A stretch of DNA of 63,808 nt, filler included. It is 5 parts of 5 records of this genome, joined end to end, with 100 filler letters (N's around TTAATTAATTAA, not from the genome) between each part and the next. Parts side by side here need not be neighbours in the genome. Positions count along the whole stretch, not along the records: positions 1 to 19,994 come from DRR723986_7092; 4 more parts are not named here. One strand, given 5' to 3'. Below are positions 8,712 to 17,481 of the stretch, one piece after another; position 1 is the first letter of the stretch, and each line of letters opens with the position of its first letter. Below the pieces are notes generated by a model, which worked only from the letters and a program-made list of their open reading frames with translations, was not told the origin of the DNA and did no database searches. The translations under genes and the position numbers were made by a program.

Positions 8712-9913
8712 TGCCGCGCCCAACGCTGGAAGATATTTTTTCCGAGCCAGATGAATTTGGTTTGCTGGATGTACAGCCAAAGGCAGGCAATGGCACCAGT
8801 GGTTCAGATCGAAGGCTTGCCGTTCTGGAAGAGGTGAAAGCCTTTTATGAACGCGAAGGGCGAATTCCTGACCCAGACGCATTGGACCATGAGGAGATGC
8901 GCCTTGGTACGATTTGGCAAGCTGTTCACCAAGACCCGTCCCAGGAAATGCTTGAGGCCGACTCCCAAGGATTGTTGAAGGCGCCTGTCGCTTCTGAAGT
9001 GTCGTGGCGCGACGAACCCGACGACAATGAGATCCCAGACAGCCTTGACGACATTTTCGATGATGACGGCTTGGATGTTGATCTTGAAACTGTTTCTTTG
9101 AAGCATGTTACACCGGCTTCAGAGCGTCATTTGCCTGATCACCGTGCTGAATTCACACCCTGCATCGATTTCGATCAGTTTGCTGACAAGTTTGAGGCCA
9201 TTCAGCAGGCTTTGGAAGAGGGAACGCGCAAAGCCATACCGGTCAAGAAGTGGGCGGTTATTGAACCGTTGGAGGGAGATTTTTTTATCCGCAATGGACT
9301 GTTGGCTCTGATTGCAGAAAAATCGGAGATGACGGCGCGAGGTGGCGCCCGTGATCATCGCCTCAGGGTAATATTCTCCAATGGCACCGAAAGCGATCCA
9401 TTGATGTCCTCTTTCCGGAAATCTCTGAGCGACGACAAGGCTGCCAGGATGATCGAAAATGTCGGCCTTGGTCCGCTTGACCCTGAGTGGGAAGCGGATC
9501 GGCTTGCACTTACAGGCACTATCTATGTGGCGCGTTCGCTATCTGATGATGATGGCATTCGCCAGCAAAGGAATATTCTCCACAAAATTGGTGTCACCAG
9601 CCAAGATGTTCGTCGTCGCATCGCGGATGCACGCAATGACCCGACTTTTCTACTTGCTCCTGTTGAAATCGTTGCGACATTTGAGCTGGAGAATTTACCA
9701 AGAAACCAAGTCGAGAATTTGCTCCACAGGTTCTTCGAGGCTGCGAAACCTGCTGAATTGTTTGTCACTGACAGATTTGGGAAGAAGGTTTTTCCAAAGG
9801 AGTGGTTCTATGTTTTGCCCGAGCACGTCAGTCAAGCTGTGAAATTGATCCAGGACGGTAGGTTGCACGAGTTTCATTACGATTCGAGGAACCAAGCGAT
9901 TGTATTGAAATAG
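8711..9913 (+). CDS. yeeC: GIY-YIG/T5orf172-domain nuclease, YeeC-like
   Basis: GTIYVARS...HKIGVT...RRI...ENLLHRFF...KEWF. TAATG coupling to yeeB. Confidence 0.85.
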   Translation: MPRPTLEDIFSEPDEFGLLDVQPKAGNGTSGSDRRLAVLEEVKAFYEREGRIPDPDALDHEEMRLGTIWQAVHQDPSQEMLEADSQGLLKAPVASEVSWRDEPDDNEIPDSLDDIFDDDGLDVDLETVSLKHVTPASERHLPDHRAEFTPCIDFDQFADKFEAIQQALEEGTRKAIPVKKWAVIEPLEGDFFIRNGLLALIAEKSEMTARGGARDHRLRVIFSNGTESDPLMSSFRKSLSDDKAARMIENVGLGPLDPEWEADRLALTGTIYVARSLSDDDGIRQQRNILHKIGVTSQDVRRRIADARNDPTFLLAPVEIVATFELENLPRNQVENLLHRFFEAAKPAELFVTDRFGKKVFPKEWFYVLPEHVSQAVKLIQDGRLHEFHYDSRNQAIVLK

Positions 9914-10051
9914 ATAATTAGGTGAACACAAAAATGAAACAGAGTGAAACGAGAACAACGATGATGTACATTGCACATCATTAGTTATCGACTGTGCACC
10001 TCGGTGAACAAATTCAATTGAAACATCAAAATTTGAGTCCCAAAGGGTATC

Positions 10052-11776
10052 ATGCGTATTCAAGAGATCACGATCGAGAATTTCAAAGCCATAGAAACGG
10101 CAACCATGGAACTCTCCGATTTCAACGTTCTGGTCGGGGCCAACGGCTCCGGGAAAAGTTCAGCTCTTCAGGCACTGCATTGGGTGTTTCAGTCTGGTCG
10201 AAATCGTAGCGTTACTGCAAACAGGAAAAGCACAGAAGGGGCGACCTTATCTGAGAACGATGCGACCTACATGCCATCTCCGGAATATCGAAATTCTGGA
10301 AATGGCGCTGAGTATGGGAACTTTCAGAATTCACCAAAATTAGATCTGAAAGTTGTTGCCAGGAACTCAGAGGAAGAAGAGATTGAAGCTGGTTTTTGGA
10401 TCAAATCGGCACGCAATGAGGGAATCAGCGTACACATTCCTTCCGGAAACGCTATTACCGCAGCAATACGCGATCAACGAAGAGAATTCAGCGCGTACAT
10501 TCCCGGGCTTGCAGGTATCCCATTACTTGAAGAAAAACGGTCAAAATTGATTGTCCAACGGTTAGCGGCTGCAGGAGATGCAAATACCGTTCTTCGTAAT
10601 GTTCTTGATCTACTTCGAAAGAAGGAAGTCGATGGTCAGAGTGGGCTTGGTGTTGTTCAGGAGTATGTGTCCCGAGTCATGGGAGATTTATCCATCGAGG
10701 TGGAATTTGAAGAGGACAAGCACACGAGAATCTTGGCAAAGTTTCAGACTGGTGAAATGAAAGCTGCAGATTCCAGACGCTTTAAACCTCTTGAACTTGC
10801 AGGGATTGGATTTCTGCAAGTCATTCAGATTTTTTCGTACCTTGTCTATTTTCGACCTGTTTTGCTTTTGGTTGATGAGCCGGACGCGCATTTGCATCCA
10901 TCAGCACAGGAGAAGCTCGTCGCTGTGCTTTCGGAGGCTGCACGCCGATTTGATACTCAGGTCATCCTGTCAACTCATAGCCCATCGGTGGTTCGCGCGT
11001 TGCCCTCTGAGGCAAAAGTAATATGGATGAAAGAAGGGAAAGTTCAGCCAAGTGCTGATGATGAAGCTCGAAATTTGATGGGGTGGGGCCTGCTGGACAA
11101 GCGGATTTTACTCATGACAGAAGACACTGGCTCATCCATGCTTCAATCAATTGTTTCTCAGTGGCCAGATCTTGAAAGGGTGACTGCTATTTGGCCGTTC
11201 CATGGCACTGGAAAGCTGCCTCCTCCAGAGACGATCAATGGATTGAAAAACTTGTTTGGAGATACGGTCGAGATCGTTATTCACCGTGACAGAGATTTTA
11301 TGATGCCTGATGAGGTTGCGGCTTTGTCTCAACCATATCAAGATAAAGGGTTCGAGTTTTGGGCGACTAAGTGCTCGGACCTTGAAGCTCACTGGGCTGA
11401 AAGCCGAGTTATTCAAGCACATTTTGGGATAGATGCAGTGCAAGCCGCTGAAGTTATTGCTGAGGCGACCGCTTCCGCTTGCGAGGGGGATAGAGCCCTT
11501 CAAAAGCGCAGGAAAAAGCGGCTCGATGCCATGCAAAAAATCCCTGAAGCAAAAAAGGGGGAACTTCCCCAATATGGAGACGCTCAAGTAGAAGACGAGG
11601 CCACGGCAAATGGGGAGCAACATAAGGTCTTAGGAAAAGACATTGTGAGCGCCATTCGAAAAGCTGCTCAGGATCGCAAGTACCAACGAGCAACCAGTTT
11701 CGGGAAATCTGTCCCTTCAGGTTTGCAGGATTGTTTAGCAGATGAGTTGCGAGAAATTTTGCAGGCGAAGGTATAA
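10052..11776 (+). CDS. OLD-family ABC ATPase-TOPRIM nuclease
   Basis: GANGSGKSS, LLLVDEPDAHLHP, STHSP. C-terminal LLMTED...HRDRD...DLEAHW TOPRIM-like acidic motifs. Confidence 0.75.
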   Translation: MRIQEITIENFKAIETATMELSDFNVLVGANGSGKSSALQALHWVFQSGRNRSVTANRKSTEGATLSENDATYMPSPEYRNSGNGAEYGNFQNSPKLDLKVVARNSEEEEIEAGFWIKSARNEGISVHIPSGNAITAAIRDQRREFSAYIPGLAGIPLLEEKRSKLIVQRLAAAGDANTVLRNVLDLLRKKEVDGQSGLGVVQEYVSRVMGDLSIEVEFEEDKHTRILAKFQTGEMKAADSRRFKPLELAGIGFLQVIQIFSYLVYFRPVLLLVDEPDAHLHPSAQEKLVAVLSEAARRFDTQVILSTHSPSVVRALPSEAKVIWMKEGKVQPSADDEARNLMGWGLLDKRILLMTEDTGSSMLQSIVSQWPDLERVTAIWPFHGTGKLPPPETINGLKNLFGDTVEIVIHRDRDFMMPDEVAALSQPYQDKGFEFWATKCSDLEAHWAESRVIQAHFGIDAVQAAEVIAEATASACEGDRALQKRRKKRLDAMQKIPEAKKGELPQYGDAQVEDEATANGEQHKVLGKDIVSAIRKAAQDRKYQRATSFGKSVPSGLQDCLADELREILQAKV

Positions 11777-11793
11777 GTCATTGGTATCTTAAG

Positions 11794-11817
11794 TGGGCGG
11801 GTATTCGTGCCCCGCCC
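11794..11817. terminator. Hairpin between convergent ATPase and integrase genes
   Basis: TGGGCGGGTA-TTCG-TGCCCGCCCA. Confidence 0.6.
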
Positions 11818-11826
11818 AATCCAAGG

Positions 11827-12972
11827 TCATAGTGGAGCGGTAACAACATCCCACCATTTCCAGCCTTCATATTTATCACCACGCTGCTTTATCTGCGTGT
11901 AGCGCTTCAGACACTGCCAGGATTGATGACCTGAGATTTGCGCTACCTGTGGGATGGTCAGCCCCATTTCGAACAGCCGGGAAATACCCTCATGGCGGAG
12001 ATCATGGAAATGCAGGTCTTCGATTCCGAGAAGTTTACAGGCATCGGTGAACCGACGACTGACAACATCGCTATTGTATGGGAAGATCCTGTCGTCAGTG
12101 CGAGGCATGGACTCGATGATCGCCCGTGCTTCCTCCTGAATGGAGAGCGTCATGTCGTTGCCCTTGGTCTGCTTCGGGTGCTTCATGTTGCGGATAGTGA
12201 TCTCTTCATTCTCCAGGTCATAATCAGCCCAAGTTTGCAGTAGAAGGGCTCCTTGACGGTGGGTTTCGAAGATCGCCGCAGCCACGATTTTGTGCATGGG
12301 CACCATGCGAGGGTTTGCTCGATAGCCGTTAACGAAATGGTCCATCAGCAAGTCGAGCTCGTCGAGAGTTGGTCGACGGGTCCGTTGTGCTGATTTTGTC
12401 ACAATCTTCTGATGTTGAAGGGTGCGCATCGCCTCTTCGAATTCAGAGCGGGGCATGGTGACGCCGCAGATCGGTCCACCAAAACGGATGAGTGTACCCA
12501 ACGTTACCATGTATCCGTTGACCGTTTGCGATTTGCGGGGCTTGAAGGTGTAGTGTGCGGGAGTGTCCTTTTTCGGGTCAGAAGGGCGAGCTTGAAGCCC
12601 TGACAGAAGTTCCCTGGCGATCTTCACGAAATCCCGTGCCATAAGATCTTCGATGGCAGATGCGCCAAAATCCAACCTCTGAAAATAGCTCAGCATTTGG
12701 GATTTGGATTTCCCAAAACCTTCAGGGGAGGCATCGATATAGTCGCTAATGCAATCAGAAACGCTTTTGCGTGCCTTTGCATTCACTGCGCTTTCCAAAC
12801 CACCTGGCCGTTTTAGTGCTTTTTCACGACGCTTTAACCAATTTTCCGCGGCCTGTTTGGAGGCGAATGTCTCGACCAAATTGAGGATGACCTTGCCCTT
12901 TTTCTTCTTGCGGATCTGGGCGGTGAAGCTCGACTTGCCATTGGTCTTGAGACGTTCTGTGATAGTTCCCAT
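11827..12972 (-). CDS. Tyrosine integrase, dusA-associated type
   Basis: MGTITER...FTAQIR arm-binding N-terminus. Catalytic R (ETHRQ), K (MKHP), HDLRH, SGH and KRY are all intact. Confidence 0.92.
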   Translation of the reverse strand: MGTITERLKTNGKSSFTAQIRKKKKGKVILNLVETFASKQAAENWLKRREKALKRPGGLESAVNAKARKSVSDCISDYIDASPEGFGKSKSQMLSYFQRLDFGASAIEDLMARDFVKIARELLSGLQARPSDPKKDTPAHYTFKPRKSQTVNGYMVTLGTLIRFGGPICGVTMPRSEFEEAMRTLQHQKIVTKSAQRTRRPTLDELDLLMDHFVNGYRANPRMVPMHKIVAAAIFETHRQGALLLQTWADYDLENEEITIRNMKHPKQTKGNDMTLSIQEEARAIIESMPRTDDRIFPYNSDVVSRRFTDACKLLGIEDLHFHDLRHEGISRLFEMGLTIPQVAQISGHQSWQCLKRYTQIKQRGDKYEGWKWWDVVTAPL

Positions 12973-13159
12973 GGGAGTTCCTTTCAGTCACGGGTTTTCC
13001 ATGGCCGGGACATCTGATCGTTCGGTTTTTTCGGAAGCGGGTTTGATTGGGTTTGAATCCCAAACCGGGGGCGATCGGGCTGAATGGGGGAAAACCGATG
13101 GGATAGGGTGGTTGCTCGGCAGCGCATGATTTGGAGTGCTGGAACTCAGGCGGAAAAAA

Positions 13160-13197
13160 GTGCTACACGGCGCCGTCGGTGCTACATTCTGTAGCAC
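13160..13197. repeat. GTGCTACA x2 direct + x1 inverted: candidate integrase arm-type sites
   Basis: GTGCTACA at 13160 and 13179, TGTAGCAC at 13190, between integrase and dusA. Confidence 0.5.
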
Positions 13198-13247
13198 TGC
13201 ACTCAAAAACGGGGCTAAATCGGGCCAAAACGGGGAAAACGCACAAA

Positions 13248-14285
13248 ATGGCGAATCCAAAAAACCAAGAAAAATCAGGATTTTCCGACGTTCGGCGGGC
13301 TGCGCGCCTATCCATTGCACCCATGATGGACTGGACCGACCGGCATTGTCGGTTTTTCCACCGTTTGCTGAGTTCAGAAAGCTTACTTTATACAGAAATG
13401 GTCACTGCGCCTGCACTGGTACGGGGGGGCGCGCTTCATTTGTTGGAGTACAATTCCCAAGAACACCCTCTTGCCCTGCAATTGGGGGGATCTGACCCCG
13501 TTGAGTTGGCAAGTGCTGCTAAGATCGGGGCAGATGCAGGTTATGATGAGATAAACCTGAATTGTGGGTGTCCGTCAGACCGCGTGCAATCTGGGACTTT
13601 CGGTGCAGTGTTGATGAAACACCCGACCCGCGTTGCGGATTGCGTGTCTGCCATGCGTGAAGCAGTCGATGTGGATGTAACTGTTAAGTGCCGGATCGGG
13701 GTGGACGACCAAGAACCGCAAGATGTTTTACCTGATTTCCTGAACCACATCGTGAACGCTGGATGTGAACGTGTGACCATTCACGCTCGCAAAGCGTGGC
13801 TCAAGGGGCTTAGCCCAAAGGAAAACAGGGATATTCCGCCACTCGATTACGCGTTGGTTTTGCAGATGAAAGAGCAGTTTCCGCAGCTGCATATCTCGAT
13901 AAACGGCGGGATTGATAGTTTGGCTCAAGCGCGTGAGTTTTTGGATGCCGGGCTGGATGGCGTAATGATCGGGCGTGCTGCCTATCATCAACCAACGGAC
14001 ATTCTGAGGGCCGCCGATACCGAGATCTTTGGAGTGGGATCACCGCGTGACCCAGTTGCAGTTGTTCACGAGATGTTGCCTTATATCGAGGCCCACCTCG
14101 CAATGGGGGGGCGTTTGCATCAAGTCACCCGCCACATGCTGGGCGCATTCGCTGGGCGTCCGGGTGCGCGGGCGTGGCGCAGAACCTTATCTGAGGGCGC
14201 AACAAAACCCGGGGCAGGGACTGAGCTGGTCCTGCAAGCTCTGGCACAGGTAGAGCCTCTGGCGATGGATCCTGTTTTGGTATAG
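13248..14285 (+). CDS. dusA: tRNA dihydrouridine(20/20a) synthase DusA (start uncertain; 13323 possible)
   Basis: SIAPMMDWTDRHCR, LYTEMV, INLNCGCPSDRVQSGTFGA, HARKAWLKGLSPKENR. Confidence 0.95.
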   Translation: MANPKNQEKSGFSDVRRAARLSIAPMMDWTDRHCRFFHRLLSSESLLYTEMVTAPALVRGGALHLLEYNSQEHPLALQLGGSDPVELASAAKIGADAGYDEINLNCGCPSDRVQSGTFGAVLMKHPTRVADCVSAMREAVDVDVTVKCRIGVDDQEPQDVLPDFLNHIVNAGCERVTIHARKAWLKGLSPKENRDIPPLDYALVLQMKEQFPQLHISINGGIDSLAQAREFLDAGLDGVMIGRAAYHQPTDILRAADTEIFGVGSPRDPVAVVHEMLPYIEAHLAMGGRLHQVTRHMLGAFAGRPGARAWRRTLSEGATKPGAGTELVLQALAQVEPLAMDPVLV

Positions 14286-14315
14286 CCGAGAGTTCAAACA
14301 AAGAGGGATCCGCTT

Positions 14316-15140
14316 ATGCCTGACACAATGTTGCTGCTGCAAATGCTCGGAGTATTGATGGTGCTTGGCGCTTTCGCAGGCGTTTTGGCCGGACTTTTGG
14401 GTGTTGGCGGTGGGATCGTCCTTGTGCCAGCGTTCTTTTATACCTTTCGGACCTTGGGATATGGCGGGGATCAGTTGATGCAGCTGTGTCTTGCGACATC
14501 GCTAGCCACTATCATTGTCACTTCGGTGCGGTCCGTAATGAGCCACAACAAAAAGGGCGCGGTGGATTGGTCAATTCTGCGGAGTTGGGGCCCGGGGATC
14601 GTTGTTGGTGCAATTGTGGGTGTGTTTGTCGCCTCTGCGCTCCGGTCCGAAGCGTTGCAGGCTCTTTTTGGCGTTCTGGGCATTGTGATTGGTTTGTATC
14701 TTGGGTTCGGCAAGCCAGAGTGGCGGCTTGGTCAAGCTATGCCAACGGGCATTCGACGCGTGATCGTATCGCCATGTGTCGGGTTCTTGTCTGTTCTTAT
14801 GGGTATCGGAGGGGGCAGCTTTGGCGTGCCGTTGATGACGCTATATAATACCCCGATGCATCGGGCTGTGGCCACTGCTGCGGGATTCGGTGTGATCATT
14901 GCGGTACCATCTGTTCTCGTGTTCCTGTTTGTCTCGATGGACCCAGCAACCCGCCCACCGTTTACGATTGGTGCGGTCAATATGGTCGCCTTTGGTGTAG
15001 TTATTTGCATGACTTTGATAACGGCCCCATTAGGGGTGCGGTTGGCCCATGCGATGGATCCCAAGCCTTTGCGTCGGGTTTTTGCTGTTTTCCTGACGCT
15101 TGTGGCGCTCAACATGTTACGCAAAGCGATCGGATGGTAA
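14316..15140 (+). CDS. TauE/SafE-family membrane protein
   Basis: GLLGVGGGIVLVP and MGIGGGSFGVP repeats, multiple TM segments. Confidence 0.88.
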   Translation: MPDTMLLLQMLGVLMVLGAFAGVLAGLLGVGGGIVLVPAFFYTFRTLGYGGDQLMQLCLATSLATIIVTSVRSVMSHNKKGAVDWSILRSWGPGIVVGAIVGVFVASALRSEALQALFGVLGIVIGLYLGFGKPEWRLGQAMPTGIRRVIVSPCVGFLSVLMGIGGGSFGVPLMTLYNTPMHRAVATAAGFGVIIAVPSVLVFLFVSMDPATRPPFTIGAVNMVAFGVVICMTLITAPLGVRLAHAMDPKPLRRVFAVFLTLVALNMLRKAIGW

Positions 15141-15919
15141 AAGAGTACTGGCAGCGCGGTTGGGTCCAGTTCGGGTTTGACCCGCTTCTGGTTGACTGGG
15201 CGGCACATGCATTACGTGATGCGCGCAGATCGCTTGATGATCCGGCGCATGCCCAATGGCTGGATTGCGAAGGCACTTGGTTTATCGGCGTCGATGCACT
15301 CGATAACGACGCCGTTGGCGCGGTGGGGGACTCGGGGCCGCTGCGCGGAGATGCCATTGACTTCATTCAAGACCAACTGACGCTCCATGCCCTGCACAAA
15401 GCTCAGGTTTCAGTCATATATCCGGGTTATCCACGCCCGAGGCGGGGTGAGGGAGATGCGGCATTTGGATACCGGCTTCGGCGAGACGCGGCACATGTGG
15501 ATGGGTTGAAGCCAATCGGCCCCAATCGTGAACGCTGTGTCGATGAACCTCATGCGTGGATCTTAGGGATACCCTTGAGCCAAGCCAGTCCTGACGCGGC
15601 CCCCTTGGTTGTTTGGGACGGGAGCCACAAGATTATGCAAGCGGCGCTAAAGGGCACGCTTTCTAGTTATCCTCCCGCAGAAATGTCACGGATTGATGTG
15701 ACTGCTATTTACCAAGCCGCCAGACGTGAGGTGTTTGACACCTGTCCCCGCATCGAGTTGCCTGTTCGCCCGGGCGAGGCTTATGTGCTGCACCGTCATA
15801 CCCTGCATGGTGTCGCGCCTTGGGCGGAAACGGCGACGTCAGGGCCGGATGGTCGGATGATCGCCTATTTTCGACCGGACCTCCCGGGGGGAGTGGCTGA
15901 GTGGATCAAAACACCGTAA
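15134..15919 (+). CDS. Putative 2OG-Fe(II)/phytanoyl-CoA dioxygenase-like protein
   Basis: HVD...H triad (AAHVDG, HTLHGV), VWDGSH, GEAY. ATG overlaps the TauE stop. Confidence 0.6.
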   Translation: MVKEYWQRGWVQFGFDPLLVDWAAHALRDARRSLDDPAHAQWLDCEGTWFIGVDALDNDAVGAVGDSGPLRGDAIDFIQDQLTLHALHKAQVSVIYPGYPRPRRGEGDAAFGYRLRRDAAHVDGLKPIGPNRERCVDEPHAWILGIPLSQASPDAAPLVVWDGSHKIMQAALKGTLSSYPPAEMSRIDVTAIYQAARREVFDTCPRIELPVRPGEAYVLHRHTLHGVAPWAETATSGPDGRMIAYFRPDLPGGVAEWIKTP

Positions 15920-15954
15920 GCTCCTGTTCAGGTTGTTTCTGAAAAGGTGGTTTT

Positions 15955-16683
15955 ATGATTGTTGTTGAAACACAAATGGATGGGGCTCTGCTCGAAGTCG
16001 AGATGTCGGGTCACATAAATCAAAACGATTACACCAGCACACTGGTTCCTGCGATTGAATCAGCTTTGTCCAAGGTTGACGCCCTGCGTATGGTTGTTGT
16101 CCTTGGCGAAGAGTTTCGCGGGTTCGACATGGGCGCGGTTTGGGCTGATACGCAACTTGGCTTGACCCATTGGAGTGGGTTTGATCGGCTAGCTATCGTT
16201 TCGGATGTGGGTTGGATTGCGACGTCGATCCGGCTTGCCGCTGCGTTTCTACCATGTCCCGTTCAAGTGTTTGAACTGGCCGAAGTGGAAACCGCACGGC
16301 GTTGGATCCGTGAATCCTTGGGCGCTGTGCATTTCCAGGATTTGGGCGGTGCAGGCCTGCATGTCCGTCTGATGGGAAAGCTAGATCCCACAGTGATCAA
16401 AGGGGCCGAAGAAGATTTGAATGCCGAGATTCGCGCGCGCGATGGGTTACGGCTGCTGTTGGATTTGTCCGAATTTGATGGTTGGCAGGGGCTCTCAGCC
16501 TTGGGCGCACATTTCAGCCTTATCAAGGATCATGCTGCGATTCCTGAACGGGTTGCGGTTCTTGGTGACAAGACCTGGCAGCATATGGGGCAGCGGGTCA
16601 TGCGTCACTTTCTGAACGCGGATACCAAATTCTTTGAATCCACTGACATAGAACAAGCCAAGGCTTGGTTGGGCGAAGCCTAA
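15955..16683 (+). CDS. Tandem SpoIIAA-like (STAS/SEC14) domain protein
   Basis: Two repeats, each with F.G...A...D/H, R.A.V.D..W and A..W. Confidence 0.8.
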   Translation: MIVVETQMDGALLEVEMSGHINQNDYTSTLVPAIESALSKVDALRMVVVLGEEFRGFDMGAVWADTQLGLTHWSGFDRLAIVSDVGWIATSIRLAAAFLPCPVQVFELAEVETARRWIRESLGAVHFQDLGGAGLHVRLMGKLDPTVIKGAEEDLNAEIRARDGLRLLLDLSEFDGWQGLSALGAHFSLIKDHAAIPERVAVLGDKTWQHMGQRVMRHFLNADTKFFESTDIEQAKAWLGEA

Positions 16684-16770
16684 TGGGTGAGAAGTTCATA
16701 CACATGGATTAGAATACTTGCGCAAAGCCACGGAATTCTATCGTGGTTTTGTGCAATCCGGGGGCAGGGC

Positions 16771-17001
16771 TTAACTTTTCATACGCGCGGCACGGCCACC
16801 GCGTCGTTTGGCGAGACGCGGCGCACGATTAGGCAAATCTTCCATAATTTCGGCCCGTTCTGAGCTGTCCATCTTCGACCACTTGGTGATCTCGTCAATA
16901 GAGCGATAACAGCCAGTGCAAATGCGTTCAGTGGGGTGAACCACGCAAATCTGAATGCAGGGGGATTCAATCTCGTCCCGTTTCCAAACCATGTTTGTCA
17001 T
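16771..17001 (-). CDS. DUF1289 Fe-S-like small protein
   Basis: ESPCIQIC...CTGCYRSIDEITKW. Confidence 0.85.
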   Translation of the reverse strand: MTNMVWKRDEIESPCIQICVVHPTERICTGCYRSIDEITKWSKMDSSERAEIMEDLPNRAPRLAKRRGGRAARMKS

Positions 17002-17016
17002 TCTGTGATCTGGCTC

Positions 17017-17481
17017 CTAGAGAAAGCGCATCCGGTCGAGTGCCCCTTGCAAGATATACCCGGCCGCCACGTGATCAATGACCTCGCTGCGACGTTTTCG
17101 GGTCGTATCCGCCTCTAACAGTGCTTTTTCGGCCGCAACGGTGCTAAGACGTTCATCCCAAAAGCCAATGGGTAAATCAGTCAGACGTGTCAGATTACGG
17201 GCGAATGCGCGTGTTTTCTGGCACCGCGGCCCCTCGGACCCATCCATGTTGCGCGGCAACCCCAAGAGGATCCCGTTGATGTCGCGCGCTTTGATTATTT
17301 CCATCAGACGCTCTGCATCCAGCGTGAATTTCTTACGTCTGATGGTCTCGAGCGGGGTCGCAACTGTTCCCATTCGATCCGAGACGGAAATGCCAATCGT
17401 TTTATCCCCTAAATCCAACCCAACCAAAGCAGACATCGGAGGTAACGATCCCGCAAAATCCTCAAACACATCGTGGATCAT
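17017..17481 (-). CDS. ruvX: YqgF/RuvX RNase H-fold nuclease
   Basis: GLDLGDKTIG, GLPRNMDG, WDERLST, IDHVAAGYILQ. ATGA overlap with ccmI. Confidence 0.93.
   Translation of the reverse strand: MIHDVFEDFAGSLPPMSALVGLDLGDKTIGISVSDRMGTVATPLETIRRKKFTLDAERLMEIIKARDINGILLGLPRNMDGSEGPRCQKTRAFARNLTRLTDLPIGFWDERLSTVAAEKALLEADTTRKRRSEVIDHVAAGYILQGALDRMRFL

Larger units (their letters stand above)
1..13337. mobile_element. dusA-associated integrative mobilizable island (left border outside the window)
   Basis: Tyrosine integrase divergent from the 5' end of dusA, the known dusA-associated integrase layout. Also MOBQ relaxase, oriT-like site, kfrA-like, rep-like and defence-type cargo. Right border inferred near the APMMDWTD codons of dusA. 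Confidence 0.85.

Noticed and set aside
13131-13247. Upstream extension of dusA ORF
   Set aside because: TTG start with no DusA-like sequence, crossing the repeat/att region.
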